Shown here piece by piece: positions 17,821 to 25,421 of a stretch of DNA of 32,000 bases (within the stretch, counting starts at the first letter, position 1; each line of letters starts with the position of its first letter). The position numbers and the translations under genes are program-made. Below the pieces are notes generated by a model. It worked only from the letters and a program-made list of their open reading frames with translations, was not told the origin of the DNA and searched no databases. Origin of the DNA: Pyrolobus fumarii 1A (GTDB lineage Archaea > Thermoproteota > Thermoprotei_A > Sulfolobales > Pyrodictiaceae); contig NC_015931.1 of NCBI RefSeq assembly GCF_000223395.1, positions 630,001 to 662,000 of the forward strand. The letters run 5' to 3'.

Positions 17821-17843
17821 ATAATCGGGGAGACCCCGATTAT
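17821..17843. promoter_or_regulatory. Perfect 10-bp inverted repeat (hairpin or operator)
   Basis: ATAATCGGGG-AGA-CCCCGATTAT. It lies 47 nt after the stop of the His/Cys-rich ORF and 160 nt upstream of hypB. It could be a terminator hairpin or a protein-binding palindrome. Confidence 0.5.
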
Positions 17844-17897
17844 ACTGCCTTACATTTTCTTCGTTCTATTCATCCCTTATGTATCCTGTTCCACATC

Positions 17898-17938
17898 TTT
17901 CATAAGCATGGTATTTCATAAGGGAGAGATGCATGGTA
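17898..17938 (+). repeat. Imperfect tandem repeat upstream of hypB
   Basis: TTTCATAAG occurs at 17898-17906 and 17914-17922. GCATGGTA occurs at 17906-17913 and 17931-17938. CCCTTATG (17874-17881) is the inverted copy of CATAAGGG (17917-17924). The stretch is locally AT-rich. Confidence 0.5.
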
Positions 17939-18002
17939 ATCGTACCTTTTGGCCACGCTGCTATAACCTGGCGAGTAGGCGTTACGATATGGTGCCGCTA
18001 GC

Positions 18003-18653
18003 TTGTCTATAATACTCGCAGAGAAGTCCATCCGAGAGGAGAATCTCCGGCTAGCTAACGAGCTTGCTGCGTTTCTACGCGCCAAGGGGATACGTGCCTT
18101 TGAGTTTCTGGGTAGCCCTGGTTCCGGCAAGACTAGCGTCATCGAGTGCCTCATTAAGAGCATGTTGGGAGACGGCCTTGATCCTCATAGCATAGCCTAC
18201 ATTGGCGGTGATGTCGCAACTAGAAGAGACACAGAGCGCGTAGAGAGGCTTGGAGTGCAAGCTGTGCAGATAAACACTGGTGGTATATGCCACCTCGAGG
18301 TACCGCATATCAAGAAGGCGTTGGGGCACATCGACCTTGACAAGATACGTATACTGCTGATAGAGAATGTTGGCAACCTGATATGCCCGTTCTACTTCCC
18401 GCTTGGCGCCGAGAAGAGAGTGCTTATCGTAAGCGTGGCGGAGGGTGACGACAAGTTTGTGAAGCATCCGGTGTCTACGAGGCTGGCTGACGTCATAGTG
18501 ATCAATAAGATCGACTTGGCGGATGCTGTTGGAGCTGACGTCTCGTTCATGGAAAAGACAGCCAGGGAGTTGAACCCACGCGCTCCCATCATTCGCATGG
18601 TTGCTAAGAGTTGCGAAGGTGTAGAGGAGTTGAGGAAGGCACTTGGCCTTTAA
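18003..18653 (+). CDS. hypB: Hydrogenase nickel-incorporation GTPase HypB
   Basis: P-loop 'GSPGSGKTS', 'NTGGICHLE' (metal-binding CH motif), 'ENVGNLICP' and 'INKIDL' (NKxD). 216 aa. TTG is the only available start. Confidence 0.9.
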   Translation: MSIILAEKSIREENLRLANELAAFLRAKGIRAFEFLGSPGSGKTSVIECLIKSMLGDGLDPHSIAYIGGDVATRRDTERVERLGVQAVQINTGGICHLEVPHIKKALGHIDLDKIRILLIENVGNLICPFYFPLGAEKRVLIVSVAEGDDKFVKHPVSTRLADVIVINKIDLADAVGADVSFMEKTARELNPRAPIIRMVAKSCEGVEELRKALGL

Positions 18654-18671
18654 CCTCGGGGGTGATGGGGC

Positions 18672-19727
18672 ATGACGCGAGTGTCGTACCGTCCGCTTCT
18701 CTCGACTAAAGTGACGCTGGCACATGGTAGTGGCGGTAGAGAGACTGAGGACATAGTGCTTAACCTTATCGTTAACCTTGTGCCAGAGAGTCTCCGCAGC
18801 GTACCCGGAGGCGTAGGCCTAGAGGCTCTTGACGATGGAGCTGCTATCCCGGTGCCCGGCGGCTACATGGTGTTCACGGTTGACTCGTATACCGTGAATC
18901 CGCCATTCTTCCCTGGGGGTAACATTGGAAGCCTCGCCGCTAGCGGCACGATAAACGACCTGTTGATGATGGGGGCTAGGCCGGTAGCAGCGCTAGACGC
19001 CATTGTGGTTGAGGAGGGTTTCGAGGTTTCGAAGCTACGCGAGATAACAGAGTCCCTCATAAAGACGCTAGCAGAGAATAACGTGGCACTCATTGGTGGC
19101 GATTTCAAGGTTCTCCCTAAGGGCCAGCTAGACAAGATTGTCGTTACTGTTGCTGGTATAGGCTTCGCTAAGAAGCTGATACTGGATTCCAATATCAAGC
19201 CAGGCGATAAGATAATCGTGACCGGCCCTATAGCCGAGCACGGCGCTCTCATACTAGCTCTACAGCAGAATCTAGAACCCAAAGACCTAGTTAGCGATGC
19301 TAAGCCATTGACAGACCTAATGCTACCTCTCATCGAAGAATACGGCGACTATATCCACGCTGCACGCGATCCGACGAGAGGAGGACTAGCAATGGCCCTT
19401 AACGACTGGGCGGAGGCCACGGGCACCGTGATAGTTATCGATGAGGAGAAGATCCCGATACGCGAGCCTGTCAGAGCCTACACGGAGATGCTAGGTGTGG
19501 ATCCCCTGACGCTTGCCTCTGAGGGCGTAGCCCTACTTGCAGTCGATGCTTCGAAAGCAGAGGAAGTGTTGCAAAGAATACACGAGCTGGGGTACAAGGA
19601 GGCTAGGATAATAGGAGAGGTGAAGAAGGCTGAACGTCACAAGGGCATCGTGCTGTTGAAGAGTGTGACGGGAGGCGTGAGAATTCTAGAGCCACCCAGC
19701 GGCGAGATAGTGCCTCGCATATGTTGA
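18672..19727 (+). CDS. hypE: Hydrogenase maturation protein HypE (carbamoyl dehydratase)
   Basis: 'VTLAHGSGGRET' N-terminus, a PurM/AIR-synthase-like body, and the diagnostic C-terminal 'PRIC'. 351 aa. It starts 18 nt after hypB. Confidence 0.9.
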   Translation: MTRVSYRPLLSTKVTLAHGSGGRETEDIVLNLIVNLVPESLRSVPGGVGLEALDDGAAIPVPGGYMVFTVDSYTVNPPFFPGGNIGSLAASGTINDLLMMGARPVAALDAIVVEEGFEVSKLREITESLIKTLAENNVALIGGDFKVLPKGQLDKIVVTVAGIGFAKKLILDSNIKPGDKIIVTGPIAEHGALILALQQNLEPKDLVSDAKPLTDLMLPLIEEYGDYIHAARDPTRGGLAMALNDWAEATGTVIVIDEEKIPIREPVRAYTEMLGVDPLTLASEGVALLAVDASKAEEVLQRIHELGYKEARIIGEVKKAERHKGIVLLKSVTGGVRILEPPSGEIVPRIC

Positions 19728-19850
19728 TGCCTCGGCGAGTGCAAAGGCTCGTCACTAGGTCAGTAGCTCAGGCGGTCCTCACCGGCCCACGCCACACCCA
19801 CATGGGTTTATCAAGCGAGGTTCTACCTATCAGCACACCGGCGGCTCGGC

Positions 19851-20267
19851 TTGAAGCCCCTCATTACCCCCGCAAAGGTATGGAGGCTCAAGGAGAGCCA
19901 CTATAGACTCGTGGGCGGAAAGTGCACCAGCTGCGGCTTCACATTCTTCCCAAAGTCTCCCAGGTGTCCGCGCTGCGGCTCTAGGAGCGTCGAGCCGTAC
20001 ACGCTGCCACGCGAGGCTGTAGTCGAGTCGTACACGCTCGTATACCAGGTACCAGAGTACATGAGAGACCAAGCTCCGCTTTCCTTCGCACTCCTAAGGC
20101 TAACTGATGGCACTCGTATAGCTGCTGCACTAACAGAGGTAGACGCCTCGAGCCTTAGGAGTGGGGTGAAGGTTGAAGCCGTGTTCCGGAGGGTACTCGT
20201 CGATGGCCAGTACGGCGTGATAGCGTATGGCACCAAGTGGAGGCCACAAAGGCTCCAGAAGGGGTAG
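19851..20267 (+). CDS. DUF35 family Zn-ribbon/OB-fold protein
   Basis: 'YRLVGGKCTSCGFTFFPKSPRCPRCGS' is a CxxC...CxxC rubredoxin-like ribbon. It is followed by an OB-fold-like C-terminus, as in the archaeal thiolase/HMG-CoA synthase scaffold protein. 138 aa. Confidence 0.8.
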   Translation: MKPLITPAKVWRLKESHYRLVGGKCTSCGFTFFPKSPRCPRCGSRSVEPYTLPREAVVESYTLVYQVPEYMRDQAPLSFALLRLTDGTRIAAALTEVDASSLRSGVKVEAVFRRVLVDGQYGVIAYGTKWRPQRLQKG

Positions 20268-20272
20268 AGGAT

Positions 20273-20842
20273 CTAGACTAGCCCCAGCCTTTTGAGCTGC
20301 TCGCAAAGTGCACGAAAAGCCCTCGCCCTGTGACTATACCGGTTCTTCTCCTCGATACTCATCTCCGCGAATGTCTTGTCAGCGCCTAGAGGCTGGAAGA
20401 TAGGGTCGAAACCGAAGCCTCCGCTTCCCCTAGACTCTCTAGTAATGACACCCTCTACGGTACCCCTGGCTTCGACTATGTGAGGTGGTATAACCGCTAC
20501 AACGCTAGTGACGAATCTCGCTCTCCTATTCTCCACGTTCTCCATTAGCTTCAGTATCCCCTCAACGCCTATGGTCTTGTAGACGTGGGCTGCCATTGCA
20601 CCGGGAAACCCTCCAAGAGCGTCAATGTACAATCCCGTGTCTTCCACTACTACCGGGCGGCCCGTTGCCAAGTACGCGGTGTACGCCGCCCACCGCGCCA
20701 CCTCTGAGACGTCTAGGGATTGAACCTCCACCTTAGGCACACGAGGCTCCATCACAAGCTCTACTCCACACTCCTTCATCACCATTCTGGCTTCTTCGAA
20801 CTTACCCCAGTTGCTGGTAACGAAGTAGAGGCGGAGTCTCAT
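20273..20842 (-). CDS. Non-canonical purine NTP pyrophosphatase (ITPase, Ham1/RdgB family)
   Basis: 'FVTSNWGKFEEA', 'EDTGLYIDALGGFPG' and 'GFGFDPIF' are family signatures. 189 aa. Confidence 0.9.
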   Translation of the reverse strand: MRLRLYFVTSNWGKFEEARMVMKECGVELVMEPRVPKVEVQSLDVSEVARWAAYTAYLATGRPVVVEDTGLYIDALGGFPGAMAAHVYKTIGVEGILKLMENVENRRARFVTSVVAVIPPHIVEARGTVEGVITRESRGSGGFGFDPIFQPLGADKTFAEMSIEEKNRYSHRARAFRALCEQLKRLGLV

Positions 20843-20848
20843 GGTATG

Positions 20849-21418
20849 TCACGCTGGGAGCCCTACACTCCTCAGTATATTCGCTATCATCTTTGCCAGG
20901 AACGGGTCTGTACGCCCAATCTCACGGAGTAGTCGACGGATGTGACGCACCGCGTCCTGCTGGGACGGGGGCCTAGCCTTCCTCCGCCTCCTGGTCGTAC
21001 TCATCGCCTCCTCGTAAGCCTCCACATAGTACCTTAGACTGTTTATCACTGCATGGCGAGGCTCTTCCGCTGGGCTAGGCTCGAGCGTAACCCCCACCTC
21101 GCCGAGTATCTCTTTCGCCTTCTCGACAGCCTGTTTCTCTCGGGTTATCCTCTCCACCTCTTCTAGAGCCGCCCTTACCCCGTCGATGCCCTTCGGGAGC
21201 GCGTTATAGACAAAGCTGTGTACGACTATGCTGGCTAGCCTGGAGGCCAGTCTCTTCAACTCGCCAGAGCCCGCGTCAACCGGCGCTAGCGGCGCATAGA
21301 TCGCGTCTGCAGCCGCCACAAGGAGGGCTCCGCAACCCTCTCCTTCACACGAAGCCGCCTTTTCGACAGAGGCTTGAACCACACGTGAGAGTATGTCGCG
21401 CCACGCCACGGCCCCCAC
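20849..21418 (-). CDS. Hypothetical helical protein
   Basis: 189-aa ORF 6 nt upstream of the ITPase gene on the same strand. A TTTTAAAGG box on the minus strand lies at about 21463-21471. It is Ala/Glu/Arg-rich with an 'RRRRKARPP' patch. No motif recognised. Confidence 0.55.
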   Translation of the reverse strand: MGAVAWRDILSRVVQASVEKAASCEGEGCGALLVAAADAIYAPLAPVDAGSGELKRLASRLASIVVHSFVYNALPKGIDGVRAALEEVERITREKQAVEKAKEILGEVGVTLEPSPAEEPRHAVINSLRYYVEAYEEAMSTTRRRRKARPPSQQDAVRHIRRLLREIGRTDPFLAKMIANILRSVGLPA

Positions 21419-21581
21419 CCACGCGATTGGCGGTTAGACCTAGACCCCCTATGCACCCATTCCTTTAAAACGGGAGCGTGCGGGGCTCGGCATAACTCTG
21501 ATCAGGCATCGCCTGGCGGCTACTCCTTGCCGGGTACTCCTCATCGCCCGGCAGTAATTCGCTGCGCCACCAGCTATTCTC

Positions 21582-22556
21582 CTAGCCGCTCCGCGCTACA
21601 AGCATGGCGAGCGTGAAGCCCCCGAATATCGCTATCAGTGCACCAGCCGGTATCTCGCCAAGCCCGGCGACATTTCCTATCAACCGTGCCGCTAAGTCAG
21701 CCGATGTTGTGATTGCAGCACCGAGTAGCATCGAGGTGACCGCTACAAGCCTAGCCTCAACGCACTGCAATACTCTCCTAGCAGCGTTTGGCGCTATGAG
21801 GCCGACGAACCCTATGACCCCCGTGTACCCCGTTATCGCTGCCACGGTTACGCCTGCAGCCACCAGCGCCGCTATCCTTGCTCGGCGTGGCTCAACACCG
21901 CTAAGCATTGAAGCATCATCACCATACAACAGCGACTCTACGTGGGCAGCCAGCACGAGAGCAGTGATGCACGAGGCTGCGGCGATAAAGGCGAGTATAT
22001 ACACATGTGCTGGTGGCACCCCTGCGAAACCACCAAAGAGAGCGTGCGACGGACTCCATCCAAACTTGGTACTCGCGATATAGTCTATGGCGAAAGAGAG
22101 GCCCGAGAGTGACGTAGCCACTGCAATTCCAGCCAGGATAACGCTATGGCTGGTCTCGCCTAGCCTCGAGATTATCAATGTAAGCAAGAGCCCTGCTAAG
22201 CCGCCGGCAATCGCCACGGGGGTTATGAGCGTGTAGAAGGTTGAGAGGGTGGGAGCGAGGAGGGCGTAGACAGATACCGCTAGGAAGGCGGCAGGGCTTA
22301 CTCCTAGAAGGTATGGGTCTGCCAGAGGGTTTCGAAGCGCGTATTGTAGCAGGATGCCCGAGCTCGCTAGCACTATGCCAGCCGAGACTGCTGCTAGGAG
22401 CCTCGTTAGCCTCAACTCTATGATGACCTTTGGTGCACGACCGTTCACAAAGTCTAGGATTGTGTACCCACTGGCTCCTAGAGAAAGGGAGGCGAGTGCG
22501 ACTACAAGCAGGAGTGAAAAGAGGAGTGGAATAACCCACTTGCTGCATATGCTCAA
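21582..22556 (-). CDS. FecCD/BtuC family ABC importer permease (iron-siderophore/cobalamin/heme type)
   Basis: 324-aa polytopic protein. The Gly/Ala-rich TM pattern and 'LLGVSPAAFLAV', 'LILAGIAV...' and 'GLGEIPAGALIA' are typical of FecCD. It starts 3 nt after the binding-protein gene. Confidence 0.85.
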   Translation of the reverse strand: MSICSKWVIPLLFSLLLVVALASLSLGASGYTILDFVNGRAPKVIIELRLTRLLAAVSAGIVLASSGILLQYALRNPLADPYLLGVSPAAFLAVSVYALLAPTLSTFYTLITPVAIAGGLAGLLLTLIISRLGETSHSVILAGIAVATSLSGLSFAIDYIASTKFGWSPSHALFGGFAGVPPAHVYILAFIAAASCITALVLAAHVESLLYGDDASMLSGVEPRRARIAALVAAGVTVAAITGYTGVIGFVGLIAPNAARRVLQCVEARLVAVTSMLLGAAITTSADLAARLIGNVAGLGEIPAGALIAIFGGFTLAMLVARSG

Positions 22557-22559
22557 GGT

Positions 22560-23741
22560 TTACCCGCCTCCAAGACACACTACGCCGTAGCTTGGCTCGC
22601 CGAATACCTCAGGGTGTATCACGCTTGCCAGTAGCTGCACCCCCATGGCGGCACGCGGCCCAGGCCTAAGGACTATGCTAGTAGCGCTCCCGTAGAGTCC
22701 GCATAGTTTCGCGCCTTCCTCGAGCATGCTCTTCACCGGCTCGCTAGACGCGATGGTCTCCAGCACCTGGAGCGTACTGTTCACATCACCTCCCATTCCA
22801 GTGTAGAGTATCAACTGCGGCCTAAGCTCTGCCAGCTGCTCGAGGCTGAGCTGCTGCCAACCGCTATACTTCGATGTTACCAAGTAGCCGCCCGCACGCT
22901 TCACCATGTCCGCCAGGAACGTGTCTCCACCAGACACCCAGATGCCCTGCGGCGACCACCAGAGTATGACGAGAACCGGTACGCTCGTAACATTAGCCTC
23001 CGCAAGCTTCTCCTCAACGAGTGTAACATTCGCCTTCATGGCTTCTATCCATCTCGTGGCATTCCTCTCAGCACCTACAGCGTAGCCAACAAGCCAGATG
23101 TCAAGATAAACGTCTTCCAGCGTCTTCGCAGATCCTCCCCTCACGTACACAACACGCAAACCATAATCACGGAAAGCGGCTAGCAGCTTAGCATGCGCGC
23201 CTACCTCGGCTATGACGAGATCAGGCTCCGCTGAGACCAGCTTCTCGAGGCTTATACCCGTCCACCAGTAGCCTCCAACGTCTACAACCCGACCCTCCTT
23301 CTTCCAGGTCACTACAACCGGCGGGTAATCGCTACTATGATCGACTGCCACTAGCTTGTTCAGTACGCCTAGCGCCCATAGCATCTCAGTTATGGCGGGC
23401 GAGAGCGAGGCGAGTTTCTTTGGAGGCTCGGGTATGGTTACATTCCTGCCCAGCGCGTCCACAAGGAAACGTGGAAACTCCTTCCTAACACTGAGCGTCT
23501 GCGTCTCGACCACTGTCTTAGTCTCTACTAGCGTCTCCGTAACAGTCTCAACGTTGGTCTCCGTCACGGTTAGCGTAGCCGTGACTGTCACAGGCTTAGT
23601 TTCAACCACCGTAGCAAGCTCTGTTTGAGTATGGGTAACTGTTACCGTTACCCTACCTCCCGCTCCTCCTGAGACGGCTACAAACACAGCCGCTGCAACA
23701 ACTATGATCGCTGCTATTACGGCGAGTAGGCTTCTTCCCAT
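22560..23741 (-). CDS. Periplasmic-binding-protein type 2 (FecB/BtuF-like) substrate-binding protein, membrane-anchored
   Basis: N-terminal TM anchor 'LLAVIAAIIVVAAAVFVAV', then a Thr/Val/Glu-rich linker, then 'RNVTIPEPPKKLASLSPAITEMLWALG...VAVD', typical of the FecB/BtuF fold. 393 aa. Confidence 0.8.
   Translation of the reverse strand: MGRSLLAVIAAIIVVAAAVFVAVSGGAGGRVTVTVTHTQTELATVVETKPVTVTATLTVTETNVETVTETLVETKTVVETQTLSVRKEFPRFLVDALGRNVTIPEPPKKLASLSPAITEMLWALGVLNKLVAVDHSSDYPPVVVTWKKEGRVVDVGGYWWTGISLEKLVSAEPDLVIAEVGAHAKLLAAFRDYGLRVVYVRGGSAKTLEDVYLDIWLVGYAVGAERNATRWIEAMKANVTLVEEKLAEANVTSVPVLVILWWSPQGIWVSGGDTFLADMVKRAGGYLVTSKYSGWQQLSLEQLAELRPQLILYTGMGGDVNSTLQVLETIASSEPVKSMLEEGAKLCGLYGSATSIVLRPGPRAAMGVQLLASVIHPEVFGEPSYGVVCLGGG
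23487..23654 (-). repeat. Low-complexity Thr/Val/Glu-rich coding repeat (stalk of the binding protein)
   Basis: Residues ~30-85 read 'RVTVTVTHTQTELATVVETKPVTVTATLTVTETNVETVTETLVETKTVVETQTLSV'. This resembles the extended, probably glycosylated linkers of archaeal surface-anchored binding proteins. Confidence 0.7.
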
Positions 23742-23935
23742 TCATCACACCGTTTGGGTACCCTGCCCAACCGTTCCCTAGTGAAAAGCTTACCCTCACC
23801 ACCAATGAGCCTACGTATAGCTTCCTCGACAACCATACTACGCTCAACGCTCCACCTCCGCGCTAGCGCATCGATAGCCCTTACGAGATCGGGAGGAAGG
23901 ACAACGCGAACTGCCATTCTGCGCTTCTTAGCCAA
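23717..23935 (-). CDS. Ribbon-helix-helix (CopG/MetJ/Arc-type) DNA-binding protein
   Basis: 'MAVRVVLPPDLVRAIDALARRWSVERSMVVEEAIRRLI' has the beta-strand / helix / helix pattern of RHH domains. The start is TTG 23935 or ATG 23917. The 3' end overlaps the binding-protein start by 25 nt. Confidence 0.65.
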   Translation of the reverse strand: MAKKRRMAVRVVLPPDLVRAIDALARRWSVERSMVVEEAIRRLIGGEGKLFTRERLGRVPKRCDEWEEAYSP

Positions 23936-24067
23936 GCCTGCGCCACCCGAGAGAGACTACACCGGTACTAACCTGAAACTGTAGATGACCATGAGAAGTG
24001 TAGGAAACGGCCGTGAATCTGGGTAATCCTGAAGCAAAAGAGTACGATACTTCAAACTTCACGAGGT

Positions 24068-25276
24068 TCAAATGGCTGATAGTGCTTGGTCGAGATCTTC
24101 GACGATATCCTCGGGGTTCTCTAGGCCTACGCTTAGCCTCACTAGGTCCTCTGTTATGCCTAGTTTTCTCCTCTCCTCCTCTGGCATGGTAGAGTGGCTG
24201 CTCATCACCGGGTATGCTATGAGGCTCTCGGGTCCGCCTAGACTCGGCGATGGCCGTATATACTTGAGCCTCTTGAACAGCTTCATCACCGCTTCCTTGC
24301 CACCTTTCACACGGAAGCTAACCACACCACCATACATGCCTGGCGGGAAGAGCTTCCTGGCTAGCTCGTAGCCCGGACTGTTGGGCAGCCCAGGGTAGTA
24401 CACTTGGAGCACCTTGGGGTGGTCAGCTAGGAACTCGGCGACATACATGGCGTTACGGCAGTGCCTCTCAACGCGTATCTCAAGAGTCTTTAAGCCCCTT
24501 GCTACTAGGAACGCTTGTTCAACGTCCATCGTCGTGCCCAGCATGCGGCGCCACTCCCATAGCTCGTTCGCGATGATCTCCGCTGGGCCCGTCACAGACC
24601 CTCCTAGCACATCGTTATGACCCGCCATGTACTTGGTGAGACTGTGTATGACTAGCGTCGCGCCATGCTCGAGCGGCCGGAATATCACTGGGGTTGCGAA
24701 CGTATTGTCAACTACTAGTATTGCACCGGATTCCCTGGCAGCCTTGGCTATCTCGGGCACGTTAGCAACACGGAGCAGCGGGTTCGTTATCGTCTCCACG
24801 AAGACCATCTTTGTACCCGGCTTTGAAGCCTCGTAAATGATCTCCTCGTTGTCGGGGCCTGCCAGCACCACATTCAAGCCCCACTTGCGGAGGAACTCGA
24901 AGAGCTTGAGCGTCGCACCATAAGCCTCGCGAGAGACTACTACACGATCGCCAGGCTTTAGGAGCGCGAGGAGGACAGTCGAGATAGCCGCCATTCCGGT
25001 GGCGAATACGAGTGTGTCCTCTCCACCCTCCAGCTCCGTTATCATCTTCTCAAGCGCGACAAGCGTCGGGTTATCCTCTCTACTGTACTTGTAGGGTCTC
25101 CCGCGGATGAGCGGAGCGTCTTCACGCGGGTGATGGAACATTGCAGTACGGTATATTGGGGGGACGACGGGCGCATAGGGGTCAGACTCGAATAGCACGC
25201 GCGACGTGTGGATCACGCGCGTGGATATCCCAGGCTTGTGATTACCCTGGGTAATCGCCGGTTTCCTCTGCTCCAC
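24068..25276 (-). CDS. Cys/Met-metabolism PLP-dependent enzyme (cystathionine gamma-synthase / O-acylhomoserine sulfhydrylase family)
   Basis: 'VVPPIYRTAMF', 'FATGMAAIS' and 'HSLTKYMAGHNDV' (PLP-lysine). 402 aa from GTG 25276. An alternative in-frame GTG at 25216 ('VIHTSRV...') would still give a family-like N-terminus. Confidence 0.9.
   Translation of the reverse strand: MEQRKPAITQGNHKPGISTRVIHTSRVLFESDPYAPVVPPIYRTAMFHHPREDAPLIRGRPYKYSREDNPTLVALEKMITELEGGEDTLVFATGMAAISTVLLALLKPGDRVVVSREAYGATLKLFEFLRKWGLNVVLAGPDNEEIIYEASKPGTKMVFVETITNPLLRVANVPEIAKAARESGAILVVDNTFATPVIFRPLEHGATLVIHSLTKYMAGHNDVLGGSVTGPAEIIANELWEWRRMLGTTMDVEQAFLVARGLKTLEIRVERHCRNAMYVAEFLADHPKVLQVYYPGLPNSPGYELARKLFPPGMYGGVVSFRVKGGKEAVMKLFKRLKYIRPSPSLGGPESLIAYPVMSSHSTMPEEERRKLGITEDLVRLSVGLENPEDIVEDLDQALSAI
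25240..25256. promoter_or_regulatory. Perfect palindrome GATTACCC-T-GGGTAATC (candidate operator, site 1)
   Basis: Read directly: 8+1+8 bp of perfect dyad symmetry. It lies inside the first 13 codons of the long form of the PLP-enzyme ORF, or in its leader if translation starts at 25216. Confidence 0.6.
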
Positions 25277-25313
25277 CCCCTATCACCAAGCGTTACACGC
25301 GTCACCATCCTCC

Positions 25314-25320
25314 TTTTAAA
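25314..25320. promoter_or_regulatory. TATA-like box TTTTAAA in the divergent met/thr intergenic region
   Basis: This is the only AT-rich heptamer in the 145-bp gap. It lies about 40 nt upstream of the GTG at 25276 on the minus strand. Its orientation and the promoter it serves are not certain. Confidence 0.45.
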
Positions 25321-25334
25321 CACAGCCCTTGGCT

Positions 25335-25373
25335 GGTAATCGGTTACTCGGAACCGATTACCCAGGGTAATCG
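25335..25373. promoter_or_regulatory. Composite dyad: 11-bp inverted repeat overlapping palindrome CGATTACCC-A-GGGTAATCG (candidate operator, site 2)
   Basis: GGTAATCGGTT (25335-25345), spacer ACTCGG, then AACCGATTACC (25352-25362). The 19-bp perfect palindrome at 25355-25373 shares the second arm. The element lies 49 nt upstream of the thrB TTG start. Confidence 0.6.
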
Positions 25374-25421
25374 CCCCTACCTTTACCCGGGACAGGGCTT
25401 CGTAACAGGGTAGTCGAGGCC

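Noticed and set aside
17815-18012. 65-aa hydrophobic ORF in the AT-rich hypB upstream region
   Set aside because: It spans the hairpin and tandem repeats and ends inside the hypB start. The region is more plausibly regulatory or non-coding. Its apparent hydrophobicity follows from T-rich DNA.
18075-18725. 216-aa ORF on the minus strand, exactly antisense to hypB
   Set aside because: hypB on the plus strand has all GTPase motifs. The antisense product has no motifs and the skewed composition of a shadow ORF.
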